From Cyanophora paradoxa CCMP329 (lineage: Eukaryota > Plantae > Glaucophyta): DNA of 64,000 nt. Below, one piece after another: positions 45,228 to 58,119 of the stretch. Made by a program: the position numbers and the translations under genes. Each line of letters begins with the position of its first letter. The stretch's first letter is position 1. The stretch covers positions 1-64,000 of the forward strand of contig QPMI01000205.1 of the NCBI GenBank assembly GCA_004431415.1, written 5' to 3'. The notes beneath the pieces are model-generated. The model was not told the DNA's origin and made no database searches. It saw only the letters and a program-made list of their open reading frames with translations.

Positions 45228-46283
45228 TCAGCGGGGGTAATAGTAGATGGAGGCGTAGAGGGCGGGGTCGGTGGCGGGGAGGAGGAGAGCGCAGAAGCCG
45301 GCGATGCCGGCGAGGAGGAGGAGGCGCAGCACGGGCCGCTCCCAGATCGCCTCGAAGTCCGGGAACCCCATGAAGCTGTGCCCCAGCTCGGAGGCCGGCC
45401 CCCGGCCCCCGGCCCCCGGCGGCGCACTTGCAGAAAGCGTGGGCGAGGACGGCGGCGGCGAGGTGCCCCGTGCGCAGGAGCAGGAAGGTCGAGTAGGCCC
45501 CGAACAGCGTCGTGTAGAAGAGCTGGAAGACCACCTGGCCCCGCCCCCGCCCCGCCCCCGTCGCCGGCGGCCCGGCCGCCCGCACGGGAGCCCCGCACCG
45601 TGGCGATGGCCGAGGCGAGGGAGTAGCGCCCGCCGCCGGAGCGCCGGATGTGCTCGATCACGTGGTGCGCGTGCGCGATGCCTGCGCGGGCTCAGGCCGG
45701 CAGCGGGCAGCGCGGCGTGTGGGCGCGAAGGCGGGGCACCGAAGAAGAGGGGGCAGACGGCGATGATGGTGCCGCGGGAGAGGCCGGCGGCGAAGAGCAG
45801 GGGCACCATGCAGGCGCGGAAGACGACCTCCTCCGTGATGGGGCCCACCACGAGGTTCCGCATCGCGTACACGTCGAGCTCCTCCAGCCAGTTCCACGGG
45901 TCGAAGCGGCTCCCGAGCTCCGGGTGCGCCTCCCGCAGGTACTGGTACGACGTCACGCGCAGGGCAAGCGGTCCCGCGAAGAGGGCGACGGTGGGTGCAA
46001 GAGGGAGCCAGAGGGCCAGACCCAAGCCCTCGCCGTGCAGCCCGAGCCAGCGGCCCAGCGTGGCGTCGGGGTCCCGCGAGTCATCGCCGAACCACCGCAC
46101 TACGAACGCAGCGACGAACGACGACGCGATGACGCTGATGAACCGCTGCTTGACTTCCGCCGGGTCGTCCCTCGCGCGCAGGGACCGCCCGCGCAGGGAC
46201 CAGACGTAAAGGCTCGCGACGTAGACGAGCGCGAGGAGCACGCAGGCGCCTACGGCCCCGAAGGGCGTTGCTTGGATTATCAT
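45228..46283 (-). CDS. RCE1: CAAX prenyl protease 2
   Basis: RDDPAEVKQRF, RNLVVGPITEEVVFRACM, FFGxAHAHH, FQLFYTTLFGAYS, VLAHAFCxFMGFP. Confidence 0.93.
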   Translation of the reverse strand: MIIQATPFGAVGACVLLALVYVASLYVWSLRGRSLRARDDPAEVKQRFISVIASSFVAAFVVRWFGDDSRDPDATLGRWLGLHGEGLGLALWLPLAPTVALFAGPLALRVTSYQYLREAHPELGSRFDPWNWLEELDVYAMRNLVVGPITEEVVFRACMVPLLFAAGLSRGTIIAVCPLFFGAPPSRPHAALPAAGLSPRRHRARAPRDRAHPALRRRALLPRLGHRHGAGLPCGRPGRRRRGRGGGGARWSSSSSTRRCSGPTRPSCSCARGTSPPPSSPTLSASAPPGAGGRGPASELGHSFMGFPDFEAIWERPVLRLLLLAGIAGFCALLLPATDPALYASIYYYPR

Positions 46284-46485
46284 GGCCGCAGCCGGGCGGG
46301 CGCCGTCGCTGTTCGTGGCGGCCTGTGCGAGGCGAGGCTGCGCCCGGACCGATGACGTGCGAGCACCGCTGTACGTGCTCACGGGAAGGCTGAAGCTCGC
46401 AGCAGTGGGCCAGCGGCTGGCGTTCAAAAAAAGGTCGGGGTACAGCGGGTTAACCGTCGCAACCCGCCAGAGCCTCATTTCATCT

Positions 46486-47711
46486 ATGGGCCAGAAGGAG
46501 AGCAAGACAGACTCGCACGAGATCCCCGGTGAGCTTATGCCCGCGCCGGACGCGGAACGGGACTCAACGGGGCGCGCAGTGCACGAGCTGTCGAAGCAGC
46601 TGCGCATCCTTGTGCCACTCGTGGCGTGCGGCGACATAGATGCTCAGCGCACGGCGGCGAACACGCTGGCGAACCTCGCAGTCCACGGTGGGTTTGCTTT
46701 AGCTTGACGGCCTGCGCATCTGACCATGCTCTTCGCTCAGAGCAAAATCGCGTCACAATCGTCAACGAAGGAGGCCTGCTACTCCTCATACCGCTGACAA
46801 AGTCGACGGACCCCGAAGTTCAGAGGCTTGCCGTGCACTGCTTGGCCAACCTGGCCGTGACCGGTGGGTTGAGCTTTCTATGTCGCTCAGCAGTGCGCGC
46901 TCAAACTGAGGATCCGCGTTAGCGGACAATCGCGTGAAGATTGTGGACGAGGGCGGCCTCATCCCCCTTATCCGCGTCTCGGAATCGCAGAACCACGAGG
47001 TCAAGCGCCAAGCTGCCAAGGCTCTAGCTAACCTAGCTGTGAACGGTGCGCGCCCCGCACTCTGATATCCGAAGCTAGGGCATCGAACCGCGTGCTCCAC
47101 AGCGGAGAACAAGGTCAAGATCGCGCAGGCTGGCGGCATTCGCGCGCTCATCAATCTTGTGATGGTTGACAATGTTGCTGTGCAATGTGAAGCCGCCGCG
47201 GCGCTTGCAAACCTTGCTGTGAACGGTGCGCTGTGGCTCGCGCTTAGATTGGCACGCGGGCTGACTTTCGCGCGCAGACGAGTACGAACTGCAGATCGTG
47301 CAGGAAGGCGCATTGGAACCCGTGCTGAGGCTCGCCAAGTGCACAAACATCGAGGGTCAACGGCAAGCCGCCCGCGCACTCGCCAATCTTTCTGTGAACC
47401 GTGCGCCTTCACCGTCCCCGCCGAGCTTGGCGCCGAAGCAGCACCGATTGACCCTCGCACGTGCGACGCTCAGCTGTGAACAAGGAGAAGCTGAAAGGTC
47501 TTGGGGGCATCCAGGTCCTGCAGGACCTGCTCAAGTGGGCCTTCCCCCCCCCCCCCCCCCCCCCCCTCCCCTTCCCCCTCCCCTCCCCCCTCCCCTCCCC
47601 CTCCCGAGCGGGATGCCGCCCTCTCACCCCTCTGCAGGAGCGAGGACCCGAAGGTCCAGCGGCAAGCATTCCGCGCGCTCTCCAACCTGGGGGTGGACCT
47701 GTCTGGACTGA
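46486..47711 (+). CDS. Armadillo-repeat protein (Vac8-like) with putative N-myristoylation site
   Basis: MGQKES start; repeated exons xQRxAAxALANLAV..N+VxIVxEGG. Confidence 0.8.
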
Positions 47712-48367
47712 ATCCCCCGCCGTAACTTCGCTGCCTCTATGGAAGCAATACAATGCTCCTCAGGATGGGCCATGGTGTGGCTGCTGCAGCTGTCACGGGG
47801 GAACTTTAGCTGGCTTCCTTTGAGAATCTTCCGGGCAACCCCCTTCCTGCAAGTGCCTGGCCAGAACACGCAAGCACTGCGGCATGCACACTTTCGATCA
47901 TGCTCGCACTCACCCCTGGCCCGGCCCCTTCCACATGTTCTCCACCGTGGCACGTCCGGATCCCGCCAGCTGCAAAGCCTACCGGCCGCGGTAGCTAGAC
48001 GTTGCCAAAAGGATTCAGAATGCATACAACTTGTCAATACGGTTACGAGCTCGAGAGGGATGGGGGGTCATTAGGGACAGCGGTCTGTGGCAGGCGCGCG
48101 CAGGTGAAGACTGCCGTGGGGGCCGGGCTGCCGGGCTTCGAGGATCCCCGCCCCGTTGAACATCCGGAGCTCGCGTTCGGCGCTCGGCGCTTTTTGAGCA
48201 AACATCGGCCCCATGGCTCCGAGTGCCCACTGCAGGGCCCGGCGTCGTGCGGCCTGCCACGCGCTCCAATCCTCGATCATAGCCTCTTGCTGGCTAGACG
48301 TCAGGCGTTGTTGACGGCGAACATGCAGACCAAAAATAAGGATGCGCACTGAAGAGGACTGCAGGCT

Positions 48368-48868
48368 TCATGAAGGAGGTGGAGGCGCCCTCGCCGGCGC
48401 CGAGCTCGCCTCCGGAGGGCCGGCCGGCGTCTCCGGGGCGGGGTTGGCGGGGCGCGGCGAGTCGGCGACGGTGCCGGCCGGCGCCGGAGCGCCGTGCCCA
48501 AAAGTTGGCTTCCCAGGGATGGGGCGAATAACGTACTCGAGATCGGTCTGCTCCAGAATGCGCTGCGGGCAGGAGCGAGTGAGCTGCGACCAAGCGGCGC
48601 GACGCGCGGCACGACTCGCCTGGCGCTCCACTTCCGGGTCGAACTCGCGTTTTCCGGTGACTGTTGTGAGGAACATAGGGTTTAGGAACACGGGGTCGAG
48701 CTCGCCGCCCTGCCGGCGCTGCGCCGCCTTCACCGCCATGTCGGTGGGGTTCGAGCGCGCCGTCACGCGCTCATAGCGGTCTTGCCGCAGGTACGCCAAG
48801 GCGAACGAGGCGGCGACGGTGCAGCCCAGGAACGGCAGCCCGACGCGGAGGAAAGGCCGGTCGCCCAT
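48368..48868 (-). CDS. COX16: Cytochrome c oxidase assembly protein COX16-like
   Basis: PFLRVGLPFLGCTVAASFALAYLRQDRYE..EFDPEVE..DLEYVIRPIPGKP. Confidence 0.7.
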   Translation of the reverse strand: MGDRPFLRVGLPFLGCTVAASFALAYLRQDRYERVTARSNPTDMAVKAAQRRQGGELDPVFLNPMFLTTVTGKREFDPEVERQASRAARRAAWSQLTRSCPQRILEQTDLEYVIRPIPGKPTFGHGAPAPAGTVADSPRPANPAPETPAGPPEASSAPARAPPPPS

Positions 48869-49030
48869 GCGAGCGGTGCGCGCTTGCGGGAGCGGGGGAG
48901 ATGATTGCTTGACTTGCAGCGGAAGGACTTGCGGCTCTTGCGCTGCGGCGCTGGCAGGTGCAACGTGTACTAAGGTGTAACTTAGGTGTTGGCGCGCCGG
49001 GTACGCTACTCTTGGGGGCTCGGTTCTGCG

Positions 49031-50568
49031 ATGCTCTTCGCCTTCGGCCCCGCGGCGGGCGCCACTGTGCGGCAGACCGCGCCGGCTGTACCGCACGTGA
49101 AACTCTGTCAAACGCCGCCGACCCGCGGAGTAGTCCCGCAGCCGCTCGCACGGCAGTTCGTCGGCCAGCCTCTGCAGCGATGGTCGTGCCGGACGCACGC
49201 TTCGCATCTGTTTGAAGTGCGTCGGCCCTGCCTGCTCGCCCTCACTCGCGCCTAACGCGTCGCCCCAGATCCGGTGCAGCGGCAGCGGGCCGGTCGAAGA
49301 GCCCCTCTACACGCCTGGCGCGCACCCGCTGGTGTCTGAGCGCGCCTTTGCGAGCAAGGAAGACATGCTCGAAGCGAAGAGGGTCCGCCGCAGCGCGTCT
49401 CCGCGGCTGCTTTGCAGCCGCAGGTCACGCCCGCGCGCAGGAAACGAAGAACAAGCTGATGCAGAGCAATGCGAAGATCAGATTAGACGGGCTGAAGTGC
49501 GCTCTCCTCAAGATTGAGCCCGCTGTACCTCTGACCTAGGAGCGGCGCTCGCAGCGAGCTGGACAACCTGCCGGCGCAGCTCGCGCTAGAGATCATCGAG
49601 GAAGTGCTGGCGGAGTGCCCGATGGAGCTCAACCGGTCCCAGATCATGTATGCGCTGATTAACTTGACGCGGCGGAACGAGAACGCGATGCGGACCATCC
49701 TCCGCGTGCTCGCGGAGGACAAGGATTACAGCGTGCGCGCCGCTGCCGCCGGCGCGCTGGGCTACATCGAGGACGACTCCGGTGCGCCCCTGTCGCTCGA
49801 CTCGAGGCTCTCTCGGGGGTGGCGCGCTCCGCGGCTAGGCGCGATGAGCACGCGGCAGCGGAATATGGCCGTGCTCGGTGGGGCGCGGCGCTGAGGGGGC
49901 GGCGGCGGCAGCGGTGGAGGCGCTCATCCGGTGCTACGCGGAGGAGGTCCACTGGCTCGTCCGCTACTCGGCCAGTGCGCGGCGCCGGGCCCCAGCAGCG
50001 CTGCGCGGGGCCTCGCCTCATGCGGGGCGCGCCCGGCGGGGCGGCAGTCGTGGCGCTGGGCAACCTGAAGTCGACGCGGGCCTTCGGCTTCCTCAAGCGC
50101 GCCCTCGACCAGGTGCCCCCGCCGCCACACCGGCCCCCGCCTCCTGCCCCCCGAGCCCCGCCCCGCAGGAGAACGTCGAGAACAGCACGGACACGCTCCT
50201 GCAGCAGTCCCTCATCTCCGCCCTCGGGGAGATCGGTGCGCGCGGGGCGGGGCGGGGAGGGGCGGGCGCGAGGTGCGGAGCGAGGCGGGGCGGGGCGGCA
50301 GGCTCGGTGGACGCGGTGGACGCCATCCTGCGCTTCGCCGGCTCCGGCGACTTCATGGCGCGCCCCGGCCCCGCCCCGCACCTCCCGTGGCGGCCCCGCG
50401 AGCCGCCGGGGCGCGCGCAGGTGCGGGTGCGGGTGGCGGAGGCGCTCGGGCTCCTCCCCACCGAGCAGAGTCTCTCCGCCCTCAAGTACCTCGAGAAGGA
50501 CTCCAACGACTACGTCTACGGCGCCGCCGCCGCCGCCCTCAAAAAGGCCCGCCCCGCTGCCGCAAGCG

Positions 50569-50617
<49 letters not shown>

Positions 50618-50729
50618 CTCCTGCCGGGGCTCATGATCAGCCTCGTGCCGCGCGCAGGTGACGGAGGACCTCACGAGGAGCGGCGTGCCGCCCCGGCCCG
50701 ACTCCCCCTCGGGCTCCAGCAAGGTCTAG
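49031..50729 (+). CDS. nblB: Plastid-targeted NblB-like PBS-lyase HEAT-repeat protein
   Basis: Transit peptide MLFAFGP..QFVGQPL..IRC|S; mature part [11 protein letters not shown], WLVRYSAxVALGNLK, ISALGEIG, ILRFAGSGDFMVRVRVAEALG..SLSALKYLEKDS, closely resembling cyanobacterial NblB. Confidence 0.8.
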
Positions 50730-50829
50730 GCTAGGATAGGTCCCGCCCCGCCCCCCTGCTCCTCTCCTCGATGAAAGCACGAAACTTGAAACCGACCCGC
50801 TCTAGCACGAATGCGGGCCCGCGAGCTGG

Positions 50830-51848
50830 CTACTGCGAATCGGACTCGGAGGCGGACTCGCGGGCGGCCTCGAGGTCCGCCTCCTCCTCGCCCTCGGAGG
50901 CCTCTCCGGGCCCCCCGGCGACGGTCGCGGCGTTCATCTCCAGAGTGAGCTTGATGCGCCCGAGCCGGAGCTTCGCGCGCCACGGGCCGAGGTACTCTGG
51001 GGCCTGCCGCCCGCGCGAGTAGGCAGCGACGGCTCGAAGAAAGCCGGCAACCTGAAGAGAGTCGGCTGCGGAAGCCGCGGGAAAGCCGAGGGGGCGCGGC
51101 GCCCACCTGTTCGCACGCCTCGGAGGCGAGGGACGGCTCCCCAGCCGGCGCCTCCGCCGATGCAAGGAGCGACTCGACCGCCTGCGCCTGCTCCAAGCTG
51201 CGCGGAAGGAAGCCGTCAAGGCGCAGCGGAGGTCGGGGTATGCGAGGGCGGCGCCCACCTCACGCGATTCAAGTCAAACGCCTCGCCGAGCTCAATGAGC
51301 TCGCCCAAGCACTGCCTGGTCTGATCCCACGCGAGGCCATCGACGGCGGTAGAGCGCCTGAGAAGAATGTAGAGCGCCTGCACCACCTTCCGCTGGCGCG
51401 CGTTCGGCTCGCTTAGTCCTCGCAGCTTCGCTATGCCGGCCACGCTCAGGTTGTCGAGATTCGCGAACGCCGACTCGCGCAGCCGCTCGAGGCTCTCGTC
51501 CGCCGCTCGCAGATCTGTTGCAGATCTCGTCCGCCGCTCGCAGATGATAGATACGCTACAATTCTAACCGCACCGCTCTGCAAGCGTTCAATCTGCTGGT
51601 CGAGCGCGTCCAGCCTCGCCGCCTTGCCCGCTGCGCGCTCATGAGCCCGCGCCCAGCCTCCCCGCCTTGCCCGCTGCGCGGCGGGCCCAGTACGCACCGC
51701 TCTGGAGCGCAAGCTCACGCATTCGCTTGCATGTCGCGCAGGGAGCCAGGAGCTCTTCGGGCGCCAGGCAGTCGAAGACGCCGACGACGAGCTGCGGGTC
51801 AAGCACAGCTAGGTTTCCCAGCGCCGCGTGCGGATCTTCGGCCGCCAT
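50830..51848 (-). CDS. F-box protein with coiled-coil/helical C-terminus
   Basis: LDPQLVVGVFDCLAPEELLAPCATCKRMRELA..YW F-box pattern at the N-terminus. Confidence 0.65.
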
Positions 51849-51932
51849 TTTTCGCGACTGTCGAATGGGCTTCGTGGTCCTTCGAAGTCGTCGGTTCGAC
51901 TCTGGGTGGAGGCGCATAGCGAGCAGGTTTCG

Positions 51933-54783
51933 ATGCGCGGCTGCGTGCTGGCGCTTCTGCTCGTCGCGGCGCTGGCCGCGACGGCGGTCGCGGTGCGCGT
52001 GTCTCCGGAGGTTCTACAGCTGTCGAAGTGCGGCGCGGCGGGAGTGCTCACGTTGCACAACGACGGGAGCGCCGCTCTGGCCGGCACGGCGGCCGCCGTC
52101 GCACCAGCGCCGTGCTGGCTGAAGGTTGCCAACGGCGGCAGCTTCTCCGCGGAGCCGAACGGGACGGCAACCGTAGGCTATTCAGTAGATTGCAGCTGCA
52201 TCCCCGCCGGCCAGCACTCGCTGAGCGCCGAGATTGCCTTCGATAGCGATTCAAAGGGCTATAAGCGCGTCGCGGTTCCAGTGTCGTTGAAGTGCGACGT
52301 TTATCCCGTCGCGCTTGCCACCGTCCTGGTCAACGGCCGCCAGCACGCCCAGAATGCCTCCGTGCGGGTGCGCACTCTTTTCAAACGAAATGCCGCGGGT
52401 GGAACCGCTGCCAGGCCTCCGCTTGCCTCACGCGGGCTCGCAGGCGCCCGTCAACGACATCTCCATCACCGCGTCGAAGAGCCTAGTCAACAGCAGCGAA
52501 GAGACGGCCTTTAAGTTCCTTCAGGTGTCGGGGCCGACGGTGCCGTTCGTCAAGTCGGACGAGGCGACGATCCGCTTCGAAGGCGGCATCCAGGAGGCTG
52601 GCGTCTACGTCTTCGTCCTGCGCGCGTCCGTCGGCGAGCGCTCCAGCGAGCAGACCGTCACAGTCACTGTCGCGGCGCCGGCGCTTATGGTGCGCGCTGC
52701 GCGGGCTGCTCGGAGCTCCGATTCTAACACGCGCGTCCCAGCTGGCGCGGGTGCACCTGAAAATCATGGCCCCGTTCGACTCCTTTAACAGGCGCTTCCA
52801 GGATGAGACGAAGACCAAGTACGCGCCGCGTACTCGGCAGCCCGGCAGCCCCGCTGACCGCGCCGCAGGTTCATCGGGCAGCTGGCGGCGATCTGCAACG
52901 TGACGGACAACCGCATCGTGGGGCTTGAGCTCTCGCCCGGGAGCGTGAACATCGACTTCAACGTCCTCCCCCAGGCGAACGACCCTGTCGAGGCCATCGT
53001 CGACCGCATCGCCGTGCGCCCTCCTTTCCTTTTCCTTCCTTTCGGGCCGGTCCGACTCGCCGTGCAGGCGGTGCCCCAGGAGGAGATCCTGGCGCGGCTG
53101 CGGTACGCGGTGATCGAGTTCGGGGTGAAAGAGATCGAGGCGACGGACCCGAGCATGACCGTCGTGCGCCCGCGGCCCGCGCCGGCCCCCCGCGCCGCGC
53201 CGGCGCCGACCCCGCCGGCAGCCGGCGCTGGAGGAGGACGTGCGGTCGACGCAGATCTCGTCGCGGATCACGGGGACGCAGTCGATCGTCGTCGCCGGGG
53301 TGGCCGTCGGCTCCATCTTCATCGCCCTCTTCGCCATCGGCGGCCTCGTCGTCTGGATCGTCCGCAAGAAGTTCCCCCCGAGTGCGCCCCCGCCCCGCCC
53401 CATGCACCCTGGCCGGGGCCCCGCTGAGCGCCGCCGGGCAGACAAGAGCAAGTTCCAGACGGCGCAAGCGCGCGCCGAGGCGCGGCTGCGGAACCTGGCG
53501 AGCTCGTCGCCGTCGCCGCCGCCGGGCGAGCCGTCGGCGACCGGGGACGAGGAGGCGCCGGTCTTCCGCCCCTCGATCGCCAAGTTCCAGGCGACGAAGG
53601 AGGGCCCCGCCGGCTCGCACCAGCCGGCCGCCGAGGCGCCGAGCATCAAGCTCCTGCCCCCGGGGCTTATGCGCTCGGACGACGACGCCGCCGAGGGCGG
53701 CGTGCCGCGGCCGCCGTCGGCCAGCGGCGGCGTGCCGAACCCGCCCTCGCTGCGGGGCGCGCCGCAGCCGGCGCCGGCCTCGAACCACACGAGCCCGCAG
53801 CGGGCGCCGGACGCGGACGCGCCGCGCAGCGCGATCAACATCCTCTCCAAGCTCGGCGACTACGACGACGAGCCGACCCTCCCCGTCCCGCGCCCCGTCG
53901 CCGCCCCCGCGCGCCCGCCCTCCGCCGGCGCCGCCGCGGCCGGCCAGGCGGCGGTCCAGCGCACCGGCTCCACCGGCCAGCTGCAGCAGCAGCAGCCGGG
54001 GCCGGCCGGCGCCCCCAGCAGCAGCAGGCGGGGCCGGGGCAGCAGCGGGTGCAGATGTACCTCCCGATGCCGCAGCTGACGCCGCAGCAGTACGCTGCGC
54101 TGCAGGCCGGCCAGGAGCAGGTCATCGACATCCCCAACCCGGTCCGCCCCGCCCGCCCGCCCCTCCCCGGCCTCCCGCCAACCGCCCCGGCCGCAGATGG
54201 GACGGTGCAGCGCCTGATCATTCGGCCACGCGTCCTCCCCGCCCGGGGGCCGCCCAGCCGCCGCCGCCGCCCCTCCGCCGCCCCCTCGGAGCAGGCGCCG
54301 TCCGCGGCCCGCCGGCAGCGCAGCAAGCCCCGGCGCCTGCCGCGCCGGTCAGCCCTGCCCCGCCTGCCCCTGCCGTGGTCGCGGACGCCGCCGCCGCCGC
54401 CCGGCCAGCGGCCGTGGCACCGGCACCAGCGCCCGAGGCGGCGCCGGCACCGCAGGCGGCCCGGCCCGGCCCCGGCCCCGCCCTCGGCCCCGGCCCCGGC
54501 CCCGGCCGCGCCCGTCGCGCCGGCCCCGGCCGCGCCCGTCGCGCCGGCACTGGCCACTGTGGCGAAGGCTGCGGCGGGGCCAGCGGGGGCGGCGGGGGCG
54601 GCGGGGGGGCTGGCGTCGAAGCTGGAGGGGGGCCCGACGGAGGCGGAGCTGCCGCTGGAGGAGGCGGAGATCTCGCTCGAGGAGCTCCAGGAGATCGCCC
54701 GCCGCCTCGACGACGTCGCCCCGCCCCCCGCCGGGCCCGCCCCCGGCCCCGCCCCCACCGGCCCCGCCCCGCCCCCTTCCTAG
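51933..54783 (+). CDS. Single-pass membrane protein: signal peptide, beta-rich (Ig/PKD-like) ectodomain, TM helix, Pro/Ala-rich tail
   Basis: MRGCVLALLLVAALAATAVA signal; FLQVSGP..GVYVFVLRAS..QTVTVTV PKD-like; TM IVVAGVAVGSIFIALFAIGGLVVWIV followed by RKK. Confidence 0.65.
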
Positions 54784-54972
54784 GTAGTCCACCGCGCAGA
54801 CAGAACCGCAGTCCCAGTTCAATTTACCTTGACCATGTTGCATCATCACCTTCCGCGGACGAGGAAGGGAGGGGGGGCGGGGAGGGCGGGCGGGCGGCGC
54901 TCAGCACGCTTCGTCGCACTCTTTGCGAATGTCCTCGGGGCCGTACCCCGCCGCGAGCCTTCGGGGAGGCCG

Positions 54973-57020
54973 CTACCAGATGAGCGCGGGCGGCAGCAGC
55001 GCGGAAGGCGGCGGCGCACCGCTTGAACTTCTTGAGGGAGCAGGGGTACGGGCAGTTCCGGATGGCAACGAGGCGGTGCTGCGGCGAGTCGTCTGGGACG
55101 GCGTAAGCGCCGCGGGGCGGTCCGGGGCTGAGCGGGCGGCGAGCCGCGCACAGCGCGGCGCGTAGTGCACCTGCGGCGTCGATCGCGAGATTGTGAAGGG
55201 AAGAGACGAGGGAGGGGGCGCGGGGCGGGGCGCACGGAGACGTGGGCGTAGTGCGGGGTGTGGCGGTGGTAGACCTCGAGGAGCAGGTGGGCGCCCTCCT
55301 GCGGCGGGTCTACAGAGCGAGCGGTGAGCGGCGCGCGGCAGCAGCGACAGCGGTGGCGGCGGGCGGGCCGAGGGCGGGGCCGATGAGCCCCACGACCGAG
55401 TGGATGTTGAAAGCGTCCTGCGGCGAGGGGGGCGCCCTCAGGGCCGGCAGCGGGCGGCGGACTCGACGAGAAGCGCACGGCGACGTGTGCCTCGACGCGG
55501 AAGGTGCCGTTCACGTGCGCCTCCTCCAGCCGCCGCGCCGCCTGCCCCGCCCGCGTCGGCGCCAGGGCCGCCCGGAGTGGGACCGAGGGAGAAGGGCAGG
55601 GGAGCACCTCCTGGAGGAGCGGGGCGCCGGCGAGGGCCTGCAGGTCCTCGTTGCGCGCGAGCTCGAGCCGCTGGCGCGCAGAGGGTGCCCCTTTAGGGGC
55701 CGCAGGGAGCGCTGCCGCGAGGGCCGCGGCGCACCGCCCAGCTGGCCACGGAGCAGGCGTTGAAGTGGAGAGCGCTCACGTCCTCGCCCGGCGCGAGCTG
55801 CGCGCGGCCGCCGGTGGGCGCGCAGCGGGGCGCGCGGCGGCGGCGCGCAGCCGGGCGGGGCCGCGCCTTCAGCGTGGTGTCGGGCCCGAGCACGGGGAGG
55901 CCCTCGCGGTCCTCGTAGTTCATCAAGTCGCAGAGGGCGATGAGGCGCGGCAGCCCCAGGGCCGAGTCCAGGAGGTCCACCCCGCTCAGCTCCTGCGCGC
56001 ATGCGCAGGGGTCGCCAGAGCAAGCGATGCGCATGCGTACGCGGCGAGCGGACGCTGAGTCGGTGGAGGAGCCGCCCGTGCGTCTGGAGGACGGCGCGGG
56101 CGTCCTGCGCCCCGGAACGCTTAGCTGCGGTAGCACTGGAAGGCTAATCTTTGCGTTGATTACCTGGGAGGAGAACACTCGCCGCGCGATGCAGTCCGCC
56201 TTCTTGCAGTAGCCACCGAAGGGGCTGCAGCACTCGTGAGAAGGCACAGGTTTTCAGCTGCAGCTGCAGGAGATCTAGAGGCGCCGGACCTGCGGTTGAG
56301 GTAGTCTTCGGCGAGAGGCTTCGTGCGCACGCTGACGGGCTGGACTCCTCGCAGCCACCCCTCGCCGTCATAGACGCCCGCCCCAAAGCACTGCGACCGA
56401 CGCCGCGGCAGTGTCCATTAATTTGGTGCGCACCGCGCTCGCGACTCCCGTCCGCGGCACCTGCCCGCTTAGGATGCTCTGCTCCCGGTCCTCTGCGTGA
56501 ACGACAAACTTGCCAGCGAAGTACGATTCGTTCAGCACCCTCCGGTCCTGCGAGATCTCTTCAGCTCATCCAATTTTCCGGCGTATCTCCGGATCCGCGT
56601 GCGGACCAAAATGTACGAGCGCCGCATCTCCTTGCCGAGCGAATACATCGTCTGGCAGCCTGCGTGGAGAGCGTGACCTGGAGCTAGCGCGGCCGCCGTC
56701 TTCAATACACGTTCACCTTCGGCAGTGAGCGTCGCCGGCCCAGGATTAGGGCACGGGTTCGCGTCGCCTGGCGGCATGTTGCAATCGGTTCTGCGAGAGA
56801 TCTCATCGAGGGCGCGAGGTGGGCGCGGCGCGCAGGCGAACCCGGTCCCCGCGGTGATCAGCGCAATAACAGCCTTCGGACCGTGCACGTACGGTGGTAT
56901 GGCGGGCTGCAGAACGTCACCCGCGTGCCGATCGAGGGCGCGCGCGGGCTGCAGGGCGCCCGCGCAGGCGACAAGCAAAAACAGGGCGAGGAGAGGCGCG
57001 CGCGCGCTCTGCTTGGCCAT
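54973..57020 (-). CDS. Secreted protein, possibly a degenerate histidine acid phosphatase
   Basis: Signal peptide MAKQSARAPLLALFLLVACAGA; ATLTAEGERTMYSLGKEMRRSY and HLLLEVY resemble branch-2 His-phosphatase segments, but no RHGxRxP motif is seen. Confidence 0.4.
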
Positions 57021-57132
57021 GGCTGCGATCAGGGATTCGCTTTCTGAGGACGAGAGCGAGCTGACGGTTGCTGCTTGGAAGATTTGCCGAATTCGAAGCT
57101 GTCGGAAGCTCAGGAAGCCGGGTACTCGAAAC

Positions 57133-58066
57133 ATGGCCGGCCCAGCGACCATCCAGATGCACCCGCAGACGTACGTGTCGCCGGCCTCGGTGGACGAGCA
57201 GCCGGCCGACATCAACATGAGTGTCTTGAAGCGCTGGCTTTACGACCGCGACGCGCTAGAGCGCGAGATAGCAGCGCTGACAGCCGAGCTAGAGGCGTCT
57301 CCAGTTGGCCTGCGCGGGAACCTGGTCAGCTGCGCGCTCACGTGCACCCGTAGCGCGCGTCTCACACGATAGCAGCTCGACGCGGAGGGGTTCCCGCGCA
57401 GCGACATCGACATTCCTGCCATCCGGGTGAAGCGCAATCGACTGTACGCTAGCTCAAGCGCGCCGCACGTACGCGGCGAGCTGACCGGCCCGGATTGCGC
57501 AGCGCGATGATGCATACGGATCACAAGGTTCGCTCACTCGTGTGCGGCGCAGTCACTCCTACTTAGCGCACGAACAGATTATCTCGAAGAAACTGGAGGC
57601 CGGCATGGTGGAGCTTCACGCGAGGACGAAGAACGCGCCGCTGCAACCGAGCGGCTCGGCGAGCGGGTCGCTGGAGGGGCCGAGCTCCTCGAGCGGGCCG
57701 GCGGGAAGCGCGCAGACCATGCAGCCTACGCCCTCGTTGCAGTCCTTCGCGAGGATCGACCAGGTCTTCCCCAACAGCCCGGGCGCGGAGGCCGGTTTCG
57801 CAGTTGGCGACACTGTGTTTAGGTGCGTGCATGTTCCGGGCCCGCCATCGCGGGGCGCTCCGTCCCAACAGGGACCGTGCGCCGCCAGATTCGGAGACGT
57901 CGAGAGGTCGGGCGGGCTCGCGGCAGTGGCGAGGCTCGTGGGGGAGAGGGCCGGGCAGCCGATCGAGGTCCTGGTCAGCCGGTCGGGAATGGAGCAGCGC
58001 GTGGTCGTCACGCCGCACACGTGGGAGGGCCGCGGTCTGCTCGGCATCCACCTCGTCCCGCTGTGA
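57133..58066 (+). CDS. PSMD9: 26S proteasome assembly chaperone p27/Nas2 (PDZ)
   Basis: GLRGNLLDAEGFPRSDIDIPAIRVKRNRL, FARIDQVFPNSPGAEAG..GD, TPHTWEGRGLLGIHLVPL. Confidence 0.93.
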
Positions 58067-58119
58067 AATGCAGTAGCATGTATTTGGGGGAGACGCCGGG
58101 GATCGAGGGGTCGGGGGGG

